Source: Macrostomum hystrix (Eukaryota; Animalia; Platyhelminthes). Taken from it: a stretch of 64,000 nucleotides of DNA. The position numbers were made by a program, and so were the translations under genes. The DNA lies in NCBI GenBank assembly GCA_950097015.1, contig CATNEN010000038.1, positions 28,086,001 through 28,150,000 on the forward strand, given 5' to 3'. Under the pieces are notes generated by a model. The model made no database searches. It was not told the origin of the DNA and saw only the letters and a program-made list of their open reading frames with translations. Numbering within the stretch: position 1 is the first letter of the stretch; each line of letters starts with the position of its first letter. Shown here in pieces: positions 23,540 to 35,663 of this stretch.

Positions 23540-23597
23540 TAATATATTGATTCAGCATTACATCTTTTATAAATAGCAAGGGTATGTTCTGTAATTC

Positions 23598-23742
23598 ACC
23601 TTGACACTTTAGGGTAGGGTAGGGTAGGTACTGCCATCCACTTGGACACTTTAGGGTAGGGTAGGGTAGGTACTGCCATCCACTTGGACACTTTAGGGTA
23701 GGGTAAGGTAGGGTAGCTAATGCAATCCACTTGGACACTTTA
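23598..23742. repeat. ~42-bp tandem repeat containing (GGGTA)n runs
   Basis: CACTTGGACACTTTAGGGTAGGGTAGGGTAGGTACTGCCATC, about 3.5 copies. Confidence 0.85.
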
Positions 23743-24902
23743 AAGTAGGCAGGCTTTTGCAGTCGAACTGGATGATACTCTCGAGTACAAATCAACTCCA
23801 AATTGATTATTATATGTAACAATGCAGCGGTCGATATTGTCCAGTATTTTCCAGTACTCCACACTTTTTGCCATAGATTTTTGTTATGTAAATTTGTTTA
23901 CAGTAGCTTCACGTACTACTGTCTGCTGTTTAGGTAGTATGTTGTGCGTATTGTCAATCAAGCTTCTCCAATCAATATGCTTAGCAACGCGCCTATCCGA
24001 ATTATTAGATTTTGCAAAGTGGATCGATTCATTTTATAAATCTGTTTCGAATTTGATTTCTATGAGAAGCCGTTGTCAGTTTATGTGTAAAAATGAAAAA
24101 AGGATGAATTAATCGATTCTACTGCATGCGATTGCATATGGATTTTGTTACCATATGTTTGGCTTTCCTCAAGTGATTTCTTGTGATTCTTAAAGAACGT
24201 GAATTTATTATTTTATATGTTTATTCTTTTTTTGCAATTTGATCTAAAAATCACTAGAAAGTAATGCTTATTCAGAATTTGTCCTCCTATCATTGAGCTA
24301 ATATTTATATTCGCTCGCATTGCTTTTAATTAGTTTCAGAATTGCAAATCAGGCATTCAAATGGGTCAATAAATAATAGTTGCTATGGCAAACAAATGAA
24401 AAAATAAATGTGTATGCTTTTTAACTAGGTAGCCATGGCAACTACTATAATATTGTCCTAAAGTCGCAGTTTTTACTAACTATGATTTTTTACTTTTTTA
24501 TTTTTTGTTTTAACTGGCGTATTGTAGAGAGTATATATAGTATCTAATTAAGTTCAGTTTATCTACTAGCGTATCTTATTCTTACACTTGTATTTTTTGT
24601 TTGTGCAGAATTTATGGATAAAAAAATTGAAGATCCTCTACTTGTATTGACTTTTTCATATTTTTTACGGCTTTAATTCATCAATTTGTCAGGTCACCTT
24701 GTAAGTTTATTTTTGTTCAGTCAAATGTATTGTTTGACCTGCCTTTGTGCGTGTAATCAGATTGAAGCAGTAGTAGCTTAAGCAGCAAAATGCGTGCTTC
24801 AATACCATCCATTAATAAATAAAGTAAAGGTGCTTTGCTATCTTCAACGTTTCGCTGCTGTTCATTTCTTCCCGCACCAAAACTCACGTCGAGCGATTCT
24901 TA

Positions 24903-25160
24903 CCCTTCGGACACCCACTTCACGCCTAGATTTTTTACCGCTTCCGACACCCACCTCACGCCTAGGGTATGTACCCTTCCGACACCCACCTCACGCCTAG
25001 GGTATGTACCCTTCCGACACCCACCTCACGCCTATGGTATGTACCCTTGCGACACCCACCTCACGCCTAGGGTATGAACCCTTCCAACACCCACCTCACG
25101 CCTAAATTTTCTTCCCTGTCGACACCCCTAACGCCTAGATTCCCTGCCCTTCCGATACCC
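24903..25160. repeat. 35-bp minisatellite (CCTTCCGACACCCACCTCACGCCTAGGGTATGTAC)
   Basis: Seen directly. Confidence 0.88.
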
Positions 25161-26523
25161 TCTTCCCACTAAACTGTCTTACAGTCTGACACCATTATCC
25201 CGTTTTAACTGCTGCACGTCTTGCAACCTCCGTAATACAAGTAATATCGATGTAACGCGATTTCGCTTTGTTTCGGCGTGAAGCTCTTAGATTTTTATTG
25301 GTGCGAAATCCCACATTGACAACAGCCAATCTTTAAACTTCTTGGCACAAAAGTTTTAAACAGTTTTAGCGATAGTTTTATGTTGCTAATTATTTCTCGG
25401 CGTTAATAAATAATTTAATTTCTTTGCTAGTTAGTTTTTTTCTGAGATTTCATAAATCGTCAGCATTGCTTAATTTTTCTGAACTATGATAATTAACTGT
25501 CAGATTAAACAGTAGTATCTTGGTGGTCCAAAATTGCTGGGAAAATGTATCCAAAACGCCATGCATCCGCAAATCCATTTGATTCTGGACTCAATTTTTT
25601 CCTAACTCAGACTCAAGTCTTCTGTGTCTATTGTGTAATAAATTTTCTCTAAATGTGTACAATATTAAATTGACTCTATTGTATACGTTGTCGTTTGTGT
25701 TGGTTACTTTGTTGTCGGATCAAAAGCTGAAAATATCAAGTATTCTTCAGAGCTATGTACACTAAAGGTACAATGATGACCTGTGAAGTCATCGCCTAAA
25801 AAGTTGATGAGATGCTAAGGCTGAATGTTCTTAGTGTTGATTCATACATTTAAGACATAGTCAAGGTGAGTTTGTACTCGTACTATATGAAAAAAACTAG
25901 CAGTAATAATTTTAATGAAGCTAAAATTTACGGTGTAGTTCGAACAGAGAAATGCAGAAAAATACCAACCTCCTATATATTAAATAATCAAATGCCGAAA
26001 ACCAACACTGACATAAAACCGGACTATTACCGCGAAAAAAACTATCAAAAATTTTATTGGCTGAGTCAAGGTCAGTCACGTGATATATCAGCGGTTTCTC
26101 TTTTTTTCTAAAAAATAGCAAATAAACTTTACTCTGCCGATCGAAATTCAGAGCAAATTCACTAAAAGTAAAGTAAATGACGAAAAAAGTACATTTGATA
26201 ACATTTTGAATTCCGTCCGTCTATGTAGCACCAGCGATTTTAAACACGATTTCTTTTTGAAGACTGTGAAGTTTTAACTTTTAAAGATGAAATTTGTGTA
26301 GCTATAAACAAAATGAAGTAAACATGCATATGTTAAAAACCAAACAGAAAATGTAGTCAATCCAAAATTAACGCTCTTGAATAAAATTTCAAACACAAGA
26401 AAATTTTTAAATAGCTTAGAAGTTGTCTTCACTTAAACGACCCTATACGCAAAGCAGTTTTTTAATAACTGAATTGTCTAGGTTATGCCTAACAGTCTCG
26501 TGTCTATTATTACTAACCCAACA

Positions 26524-27218
26524 GTTTAGATTCTGTCACTGTCTGACAGGTTAGATTCTGTCACTGTCTGACAGGTTAGATTCTGCCACTGTCTGACAGG
26601 TTAGATTCTGCCACTGTCTGACAGGTTAGATTCTGACACTGTATGACAGGTTAGATTCTGCCCGTCTGACAGGTTAGATTCTGTCACTGTCTAACAGGTT
26701 AGATTCTGCCACTGTCTAACAGGTTAGATTCTGCCACTGTCTGACAGGTTAGTATCTGTCACTGTCTGACAGGTTAGATTCTGCCACTGTCTAACAGGTT
26801 AGATTCTGCCACTGTCTGACAGGTTAGATTGTGCCACTGTCTGACAGGTTAGATTCTGTCACTGTCTGACAGGTTAGATTCTGTCACTGTCTGACAGGTT
26901 AGATTCTGCCACTGTCTGACAGGTTAGATTCTGCCACTGTCTGACAGGTTAGATTCTGTCACTGTCTAACAGGTTAGATTCTGTCACTGTCTAACAGGTT
27001 AGATTCTGCCACTGTCTGACAGGTTAGATTCTGCCACTGTCTGACAGGTTAGATTCTGTCACTGTCTGACAGGTTAGATTCTGCCCGTCTAAACGGTTAG
27101 ATTCTGGCACTGTCTGACAGGTTAGATTCTGCCCGTCTAACAGGTTAGGTTCTGGCACTGTCTGACAAGTTAGATTCTGTCACTATCTAACAGGTTAGAT
27201 TCTACCACTGTCTAACAG
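26524..27218. repeat. 25-bp minisatellite (CAGGTTAGATTCTGCCACTGTCTGA)
   Basis: Period 25; abuts the stop codon of the Rho-like gene. Confidence 0.95.
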
Positions 27219-27222
27219 GAAA

Positions 27223-28391
27223 TCAACCCGATATGGTGGAACTACGCGTTGAAAAGCAGCAAGCGCAGAGAGTCGGAGTCCTTCCTCCGTTTCCTCGTCG
27301 CCTTCCGAACTTATTAGACGCATGATCCACCTGGTCATGAGCAGTCATTGTGACGAATGCCGGGGACACCAGAACTGGACGAAATGCCAACTGAGCTAAC
27401 CGGGTCACGAGCTTCGTCTCTCTCTGACCATCAGGCTGCCACCTGAGCGAAGAACACTTCGTCATCAGATGCTTGGCGTCAGTCAGCTGACGGCCGCCGG
27501 AGCAGAGAGCGTCAGCGACCCTCCTAGCAGAAGACAGAGCGCTTCGATTTGAACAATCGGATTTCAATGCCAGCAGTAGGCAGGGCAGATTTGGTCGATG
27601 TCTAGTCAGCTCAGGCAGCCATCTGGTCAACAATCGATCAGCTGTGGATGCCTCGGCTGCAGAGCAGCACAGCAGGAAAGCGCCTGCGTCAGTGTAGAGA
27701 CGCGGCCTCAGCAGGTCCATGGCTTCGGAGCCGGGCGTGTCGTCAAGGCGAATGCGAACCTGCGTAAGCGCGTGCCTTTTTCAATGGGACAACACTCAAA
27801 CAAGCGGTATAAGGGTAAGGTATTGAAATAAAGTAATGATTCCGTAGTGACTTGCTAAAACGGCCCTTTTTAGGGCCATTGTTTGGCCTGCGGTTGCAGC
27901 TTCGAACTACGAGTAATATGGCCTCGTTGCAGATTCTAGCTCGGAACCTTCGTCACTGACGGCAATACAGTGCGCAGTAAAGCTAAGGGTTTTGACACCT
28001 GATTTAATTACTAGAAGTAGAAGACCAGAGGAAGGCTCACCTTTAAAGATACAGTTGACGATTTGTCTAAACCTGCATCAGCAGCAGCAGCTCCTGCTGG
28101 TAGGTCAACAAGCAGGGTAACGGAATCAGCCAGCACCCGACTATTGCTGTCATCGTCAGCAGCAACGGGGACTGGCGGTAGGCCAGCGATTGCTCTTAAC
28201 AATGACGACTTGCCAACACCGGAGTCGCCAACCAGTACGCAGCGAAGTGTAGCTACCGACGGGCAGACGTCTGACATACTGCCGCTTTTGTTATTATTAT
28301 TAATAATTTTAGAATAGTCGCAATGATTCGTAATCCTGTTATTATCAGTCTCTTGTTTTAGGTTTGCCACAACAGGCAATAATGCCTCCAT
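27223..28391 (-). CDS. Atypical Rho-family small GTPase (Rnd/RhoH-like features), ~295 aa
   Basis: complement(28041-28391, 27223-27759), phase-0 GT-AG intron. G1 RCVLVGDSGVGKSSLL, G3 LDDTPGSE, Rho signature LLRPRLYTDAGAFLLCCS, RWLPEL..H.PNLP.LLLALKSD (G4), KCSSL (G5). Confidence 0.82.
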
Positions 28392-29751
28392 TGTGCGTTC
28401 TATGCTGAGTGTGCAGTTTTTTATATAGTCTTTCTCTAACCAGTTGTAGTGGTTCTAGGCACAATCTAAACGCACTAGCACACACAATGCGCGAGAACTT
28501 TGGCTCGAGTTCGAAAACTGTACGAGTTGTTTGAGATTCAAGCTAAACGCCGCTCAGCATATATAACTCGAGCTTTGCAAAAAAAGACTATTTCTTCGCG
28601 CTATTTTATACATGCCTAAAAATCTTGCGGGGCTGGCTGGCCAAATGAGGAGGGGGTGACCCTCCCTCCCCTGAGAGGGTTTGTGAGGTGAGTAATCAAC
28701 CTTCCCACCCTCTAAACAAGCTATTTAACATCCACCCCAGCGCCTTCTAGGCAGGCCCCCAATTTAGCGCTGGTTTATTAATATAAGGGGCCGGTTTTTG
28801 GCATAGGCTGGGAAAGGAATTTTAAATAAATTCAGTGTACACTCAGACAGCAGAGCCCCAGACAACAGAGGGCGGCAATGTACATTCAATAAATTATTAG
28901 AGTGCCGTCCCGCTACAAACTATAGTATTCGTTTTTTCTAAACAGCCTACTGACAGTAACAGCATAACACCAGCTTCTCCAGCATGTAGGTAAGTACGCT
29001 TCAGAACCTTTGAAACAGGGGTCGGAAAACACGGGGTCACATAAAGCCAAGAAAATACTGGCCAAGACCTGGCCTTTTTAAACGCCACTTCCCCATTCTT
29101 ATCTCTCGGATCCTTGTGTCTCATCTCTACCCAGTCTCGCATCTCATAGCGTTATAAAATAAACTAGCAATAAAAGACAATTCACATCAAGATTATCATC
29201 GAAGTTAGTGTTCAGGAAAATAATGAAGCATGCCGAAATACCTGCTCGTTAATAAGCACGATGATAACAGAGGTCATATATACACTTATAAGCGCGTGAA
29301 ACATTGGTGCTTGTACATAATCAGTCGATTGTGAGTGTATTATAATTATAATTTACAAGTATAACGTTACTGCAGTTAATGGTATTTGCAAATTGATGTC
29401 ACTCGTGTGTGATATCAGAAAACACAACAAAAACTCCAGGTGTTACAATAAAATAACGAATGTAGCACTTTGTTACCAGTTAATTAAAATTCAAAGAATA
29501 AAATTTTATAGTGCGTGACATTGAAACAGATTTAACTTATTGACTTTTTTATTGAACAGATATTACAGTATTTTCGTATTACAATAAGTAATCTGCATAA
29601 ACAGAAAGGGTTAAAAAAGTTTCAAGCATCCCTTTGAAGCACAGATCAAATTTAAAAATATTATTGCCTATGTAAAGCAATGCCATGCAGAAGCTGCGAT
29701 TATACAAACAAAAACAGCATATGGACAACATCCACGGAAGCTAGTTTCAGG

Positions 29752-30491
29752 CATGGATGAATGAATAGAATGGATTGCTATTCTGGCACTGGCTATTTTC
29801 GCTTTTGACTCTTTTGCATCCGGTTCCCCCCCGTGCCTTTTCATTGGTTGATGATTGCCATGGACAATTTTCGGCCTTCGCTCCTTTCTTTCAATGCACA
29901 AGCGCAAAGAACTGAGAATGTCGGTTACTTGCAGAGATTATCGAGCGCTCGTTATGCTCTGGTTACTTGTTTGTCAATTGAAGTTGTTAATTGAAGCAGA
30001 GGAATGATAACAAATCCCCTGCAAATTACAACAGTAATGATTTCAGATTTTCATGTCGAGGGTGATGATGAGGGTGCGATGACAATGCTACAATAATGGA
30101 TTACTGGCGATGCTTTATCTGAATTTTACTATTGGAGTTATGAAATTGGTTTTAAAGTTCTATTTCAAAACAAGTAACTTCTATTTCGCCCAGAACTCTC
30201 CCGGCCTAAGTAGTAAGTTCAGTTTCATCATCGAGGGAGTACCTTTGTGTGTGCCCTTTTAGCAAGGACACACAGCATATAATAGCATCTAATAATAGAT
30301 GCTTTTATATAGAAGTCCTTGTCTTTTAGTAAGTTCTATTTCTTCAGCGACACATCAAAACTTGTGGTACATCAATTGTCTATGGCAATCATCAACCAAT
30401 GAAAAGGCACGGGGGGGAACCGGATGCAAAAGAGTCAAAAACTAAAATAGTTAGAGCCAGAATAGCAATCCATTCTATTCATTCATCCATG
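29752..30491. mobile_element. 740-bp non-autonomous DNA transposon with ~115-bp TIRs and 8-bp TSD (P-element- or hAT-like)
   Basis: GTTTCAGG|CATGGATGAATGAATAGAA ... TTCTATTCATTCATCCATG|GTTTCAGG; arms ~29752-29868 and ~30374-30491. Confidence 0.92.
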
Positions 30492-30780
30492 GTTTCAGGT
30501 CTCTTAGAGAAGCTAAAGAGAATGGCTAAATTGCTATCTAAAGCAAAGAAGAAACAAAAAATCTGCTTGATGAGTAAACTTCTGGCTGTATTCAAGCTTA
30601 GAGCAGCTCTCGAATTCGCATAGATATGCATACAGAAGGGTATTAAGCTGCTCTAATATCGAAAAAAAAATTGTGCGAAAAAAATGTTAGTACAGGGAAA
30701 ACAGGCTATTGCAGCCGACCTAGGTAAAAAAAACAACGCGCATTCACTACGAGAAACTACGACGAAAAACAGATAGAACT

Positions 30781-33700
30781 TCAAATTCCTAGGAAGTAGG
30801 AAACTCTATCGATCTTTGTAGCATCGGCTTTGCTTAGCCCTGCGCTACGAATCTGACTAATGATGTTAGAGCACATGTTTTTAAGGCGTTTCTCGTTATC
30901 TATTGTCAACGTTGAATACTTCAGGCAATCCGATAAAGACATTAATTCTACGATAAAGAATGCCACTTTTTCTGAACAAATTTTCACCGTTCGATTAGAA
31001 ATGTCTTCAAGCCAGATGTCCAGATAACTAGAATTCAGTTCGACACAGATTCTTCGAGCTTTGACAAATTTTCTGAAGTCGTTGAGCTTGAGAAATAGCA
31101 GCGCCTTTTCCGACGCTTTTAGTAGCTCAATAGCCTTGCATAGATAATTGTAGTCGCGACATCGACTGGCGGCTTTAAGAAAGGCAAATATCTCTTGAAC
31201 ATTTAGAAGACGATCTTCTTTTAGTTGATCCAGACGATTAAACCAGGGATCGAGATATGTTGAGTCCACTGAGGATAGTCGCTGCTTCATCTTCAGTAGC
31301 AACACAAAGTCTTGATAATGAAGCGTTTTCTCTGCGATTTCAGATGCACGAAGCACGGCATTATAGAGAAGCTGCGGAATCTCATTTGGAAGGATAGAAG
31401 CACAATACAAGGCAATAAACTCGACTGATTCAATGTTGTCGTTGAGCCATTTGCAAAACAGAGACTTGCTCTCCGAATCAAACGTTTTAACCAGACGTGG
31501 CAGAAAGTTACGGTCGAAAACGGCATTTTTGATGGCTTTATTTAATGCGTCAAGAATCTGTGGCAGATTGACAGCTCGTGAATCCCAATCGGCTGCTTTG
31601 CCGTTAAGGAGAAAATGATGGCACAGGTACACTTCAGAAAGTGGAGCCTTCTTAATTGGTAGGTCAGCTTCCCATGTTTTGCGAATGCTGCAGTCTTCAC
31701 CCAATAGAGTGTAAAATAAGCGCGACAAACAATTAAAATCAACAACTAAATCAACCGGATAGGTATTAGATCGAGTAATGCAATGCTTGTAGACTTCGCT
31801 ATTCAAGAAGTTGAAGTCCAAGAGCTGCATGGTGTCATAAGTGAAGGCGAAACACCAGGCCGTGTCAGTAGACTCGAGATCTTTTCTTAGACTAGCAACG
31901 CCGCGTTCCAGGTCTTCTTGGGCAATTTCGCGCATTGGCACTCGATACTGCGCACAGTGAAACTGGTGCTTTCGTAGTAGCTCAATCGCGGCCTGTTTGT
32001 CACCAAACTTCAAATGCGTCATAGTCTTAAGACATAGAGAGGCGGTAAAAGCACTAGGAGGTAGCGACTCAATGTGTCGAAGGAATTCGACCTTTTTGTC
32101 TGCTTTGAGCACCGTTAACTCTTGAAGACAATTCTGCAACCGCAAGTATAAATTTTCGGATTGAACCGACTTGTAAAACTGCAGCGTTAATCGAGTTGGA
32201 AATAAAACATAAGGATGAAATATCAGTCCTTCGTCTTCATGTGCCAATGGCCTGAGCATGTCAATGTAATCTTTTAAGTAGTCAATAATTTTCGACTTTG
32301 CTTTCTTAACGACTTCGATGAGAGAGACATGCGGAACATCGGAGTAGACCTTCTTGTGGAAATAGATATAGCAATCCCTAAGAATGAAACTTCGCATCGC
32401 CGCATGATAGCTTGACTCGTCCTTTCTAGTAGCCTCTCGTTCGCGCATCTCCTCTATTAGGATGTCGAAAGAATATAATAGCAGGCTCACAAGATTCTCT
32501 GCCTTCCAAACAGACTCATCAGACTGAAGACTTTGCAGAATGAAGAACAGTAGAGTTTTCGCATGGTAAGACTTAAACGCGTAGATGTCCTTATTGAACT
32601 TGATGGTGATGAAGTATTTGATCATAAGAAAAAAATGACCTTGAATGACACTCAGCGATCTGATTCGCCGTCGCTCAAATTCAGCGAAGCCGAATCTAAG
32701 CTCCGAGTTTTCATGACCAGGCCTCGAAGCCTGAATCAATTGCATCGGACTTTTAACTTGCTCAGGATCAAATAGAAGACCAACGTCTGCACAAAACAAA
32801 CTTTTCGGCGCGCTACAGCAGGGATAAGCGGTGCATTCGTCCACTTTTGGTCGCAGGCTGATGCCTTTGTGCGGCTCGGCTGGCTCGCGCAGTTCTGAAA
32901 CAGAATAGAAGTCAGTTTTAATTTCTAAATTTTCTAATTCCACCCACATAAACGATCACTTTACTTGACATTTAGTCAAGTAAGTTGCAACTTGTCTACT
33001 AGGAAGCTAAGTAAAAAGCAATATAGTACAAAGCAAAGGCTACCAATTAGAAAACTAATGAGATTTATTAGAGAAAGAAGTCGGACTCGAACTTTAAGGT
33101 CGGGGGTTCGATCTTCCGACTCCACTGGAACAATGTGCCTTTTTCCTTTAGCAATACACTAAAGGAAGTTGGGGTAATTGAGGGTGGGTGTGGCGTGCCC
33201 CAGTCCATGGAACTGAGTTACAGAAGGGAAACGACAAGGAGTTTAAGCAAGGCAACGAAGCTACTAAAATAGGAATTTTAACCTGCGCCTAAGAAGACAA
33301 CGCTATAATGACTTGTTTAAGAGTTGCTTGCAAGTTTGAGTTGCAAATTGGTACTTTAAAAATAATTAATAACCCAGCTTGTTATTGGTTAAGTTGCTGG
33401 GAGCAGAGAAGAATAACAGAACTCACGCTGAAATTTGAATGGAACATGGCCTTCTCTCACATCGTCCGCAGATAGCACGTAATCTTCGTCTCTATCGGGG
33501 CATTTGCAAGTGTCTTTGAAATGAAACATGGATTTGCGCATTAGGCAAGTCCAGTCCACGTCCGACTCGTGCTCATCGGTTCTGCCATCAAATGTGAACA
33601 GATTGTTGCCCCAGACATCGCCATAGCTTCCAGCGATGCGCCATTCGTACTTATCTTCGTCGTAAAGTTTTCTGTACAGATCTTCAATGTAGTCAACGAG

Positions 33701-33808
33701 TCGAGCCTGAAGAAAAATTCTTTTCTTAGTAAACCCGGCCCGGCATAACGCTTGATGCAGATGAATACTGAACTTCTGCTCCTCTTCAGTGGGCTGCGGA
33801 ATTGGCAT
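30781..33808 (-). CDS. Mab-21/cGAS-like nucleotidyltransferase (cGLR) with long C-terminal helical region, ~831 aa
   Basis: complement(33427-33808, 30781-32894); phase-1 intron CAG C|GTGAGT...TTTCAG|AA joins in frame. NTase motifs IAGSY...ESDVD and KVDECTAYPC; Mab-21 motifs LRFGFAEFERR, FLMIKY, FKSYHAKTLLFF, W..ENL. Confidence 0.82.
33093..33215 (+). mobile_element. Partial tRNA-derived SINE, family B
   Basis: GGTCGGGGGTTCGATC B-box, CCTTTAGCAATACACT and GGGTGTGGCGTGCCCCAGTCCATGGA are shared with the 59073 copy. Confidence 0.7.
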
Positions 33809-34034
33809 TTCACCTTACTCGACTATGCCTATCCGAACCCTGCAAGCAAGATCGCTGAATGGCACTACATTGATACTGGTCAGGACATGGCCAGGCTGAA
33901 AATTTTAGTACATAGAATATGATTAAATTTACATTTTAACAACAAACTGCAAGTTGTTGGTGAATAAGTTGCTATTTTAATTATTGTTCAATTGGTGAGG
34001 CTTGTCCTAATTATTATTCAAATGTTTTATTTAA

Positions 34035-34275
34035 TTATTATAATTGATTACACCTGTAGGCCCAATAAAGTCAAGATTTGTAGCCACAGCACAACCACAG
34101 CTATAGCGTCACATATCTGAAGGCTGGATATGGCTGTACAGTCCATGGACAGGGGAGTTGCTACTTTCACCCTCAATTACATCAGCTGATGCAGGTAACT
34201 ATTTATTAACTAGGTGAATTTTAACAAAACAGAGTCTTCTTAAAGGACACAAATTGTCTACACTCTAACCACTAA
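34035..34275 (-). mobile_element. Diverged SINE family B copy
   Basis: Reverse complement matches the body and 3' end (CAGGTGTAATCAATTATT) of the 59073 element. Confidence 0.7.
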
Positions 34276-34652
34276 TTTAATTTAATTACCTGGTTGCTAA
34301 AGTGAGGCTTAAAACTATGAATAAGCAATATGATGGATATGTAAAAGCAGATGAATTTCCCAATATTGAATTTCTTAGAAAACATACAGTAAAATAGATA
34401 TTTTGTTATAAATTGTGGCTTGTTTAAATGAATGAATATTTGTTATACCATATAAAACTTAGTTAAAATGTGCCTGCTTTTTTTATTTCAAAATAAGTAT
34501 AAATATATACCTAGCAAAAGAAAAATTGACTTGTGGTTTCATACTAAGCTTGTATACAATACTCAGAAGTGTTCTTTCATTTGTTATAAAACATATGGAG
34601 ATAAATACTAAGAGAATTCAAGAGAAAGAAGTAGAAAGTATTTCTATACACT

Positions 34653-34880
34653 CATACATGCACAACACCTGGCCAAACCGGCTAGGTGAAACGAGGGCCA
34701 AGCAAGGTAAGTCCCAAAAACCAATCGACCAAGCGCAAATAAAATCAAAGGGGGGACCAAGCGACAAAAAAGGAAGGCGTGAAGAAAAGGGAAAAGGGGA
34801 GAGAAAAAGATAGCAAATGAGAGCAAACTAAGTTGTAAATAGAGCAATGAAATGAACTAAGTCACAAATAAGAGCAAACT
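34653..34880. mobile_element. Second copy of the 238-bp hAT-like MITE, right end missing
   Basis: Near-identical to 20058-20260 starting at CATACATGCACAAC; right TIR absent. Confidence 0.85.
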
Positions 34881-35663
34881 CATTGTCCTGTGGTGTGTCG
34901 CCCAGCAATATCACTTTAAAAGAAGCTAACAGCAAAATAATTTAAAAGATTCTTTTAAAAGAATCAACCAGGCATTTGCTCTTCTTAAATTTGTTAACCC
35001 TACTCATTATTCATTATTAAAATTACTTGCAGTTTTGTTTTCTAAAAAGAAAATAATTTAACAAACAAAACGACACATATGCCAAAGTTTGTTTTAAGTT
35101 TGAATCGGTGCATATGCATAAACAATTTGATTTTGGCCTGGCCTTATTTCTAGTCATAGAAAAATAACATGGCATAACTATAGTACACTCTAATTCAAAC
35201 TCTATTTTTTAGCTATAGACAGATAATTTGGCATGGGATGACTAGTTAAATAAAACTCTGACTATGTGATACCTAAGCACCAATTCAAAAAAATAATTAC
35301 AAGAAAAAACTGCAGTATTGTAGCTTACATTGCTATTAGGGCCTATACTGTGGGAATAAGGTCTACTTATTGGCATAAAAATTGGAAGATCAGACAGAGA
35401 GGCTCCTGAATCTTCTACATGAATGTGTAGCAATAGGCCTAATGTTAGTTTATTGGCCTGGAAGTGGAAGACTAGATAGAGAAAAACAAGGCAAAAATGT
35501 ACATGCATGATGCATATCCTAATTTACAGTGTGCTTTGAAAGGTTTACAGGATAAGCCCAACCATTATTTTCAACCTCAGCAATAGGCGGCAAAAATATT
35601 TCAAAAGATACTGCTAGCGTGTGTCTGAAAATCTGTCGGGAAAAAGGTAGGCCTACATTACAT

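Noticed and set aside
23598-23742. Interstitial telomere
   Set aside because: Only single TTAGGG units followed by TAGGG runs within a 42-bp repeat; not a telomeric tract.
29668-30623. Duplicated small ORFs MKRHGGEPDAKESK
   Set aside because: Opposite-strand readings of the two TIR arms of one MITE.
32895-32949. ORF-track start MWVELENL for the 722-aa protein
   Set aside because: This segment is intronic; the acceptor at 32895 joins in frame to the upstream exon carrying the NTase motifs.
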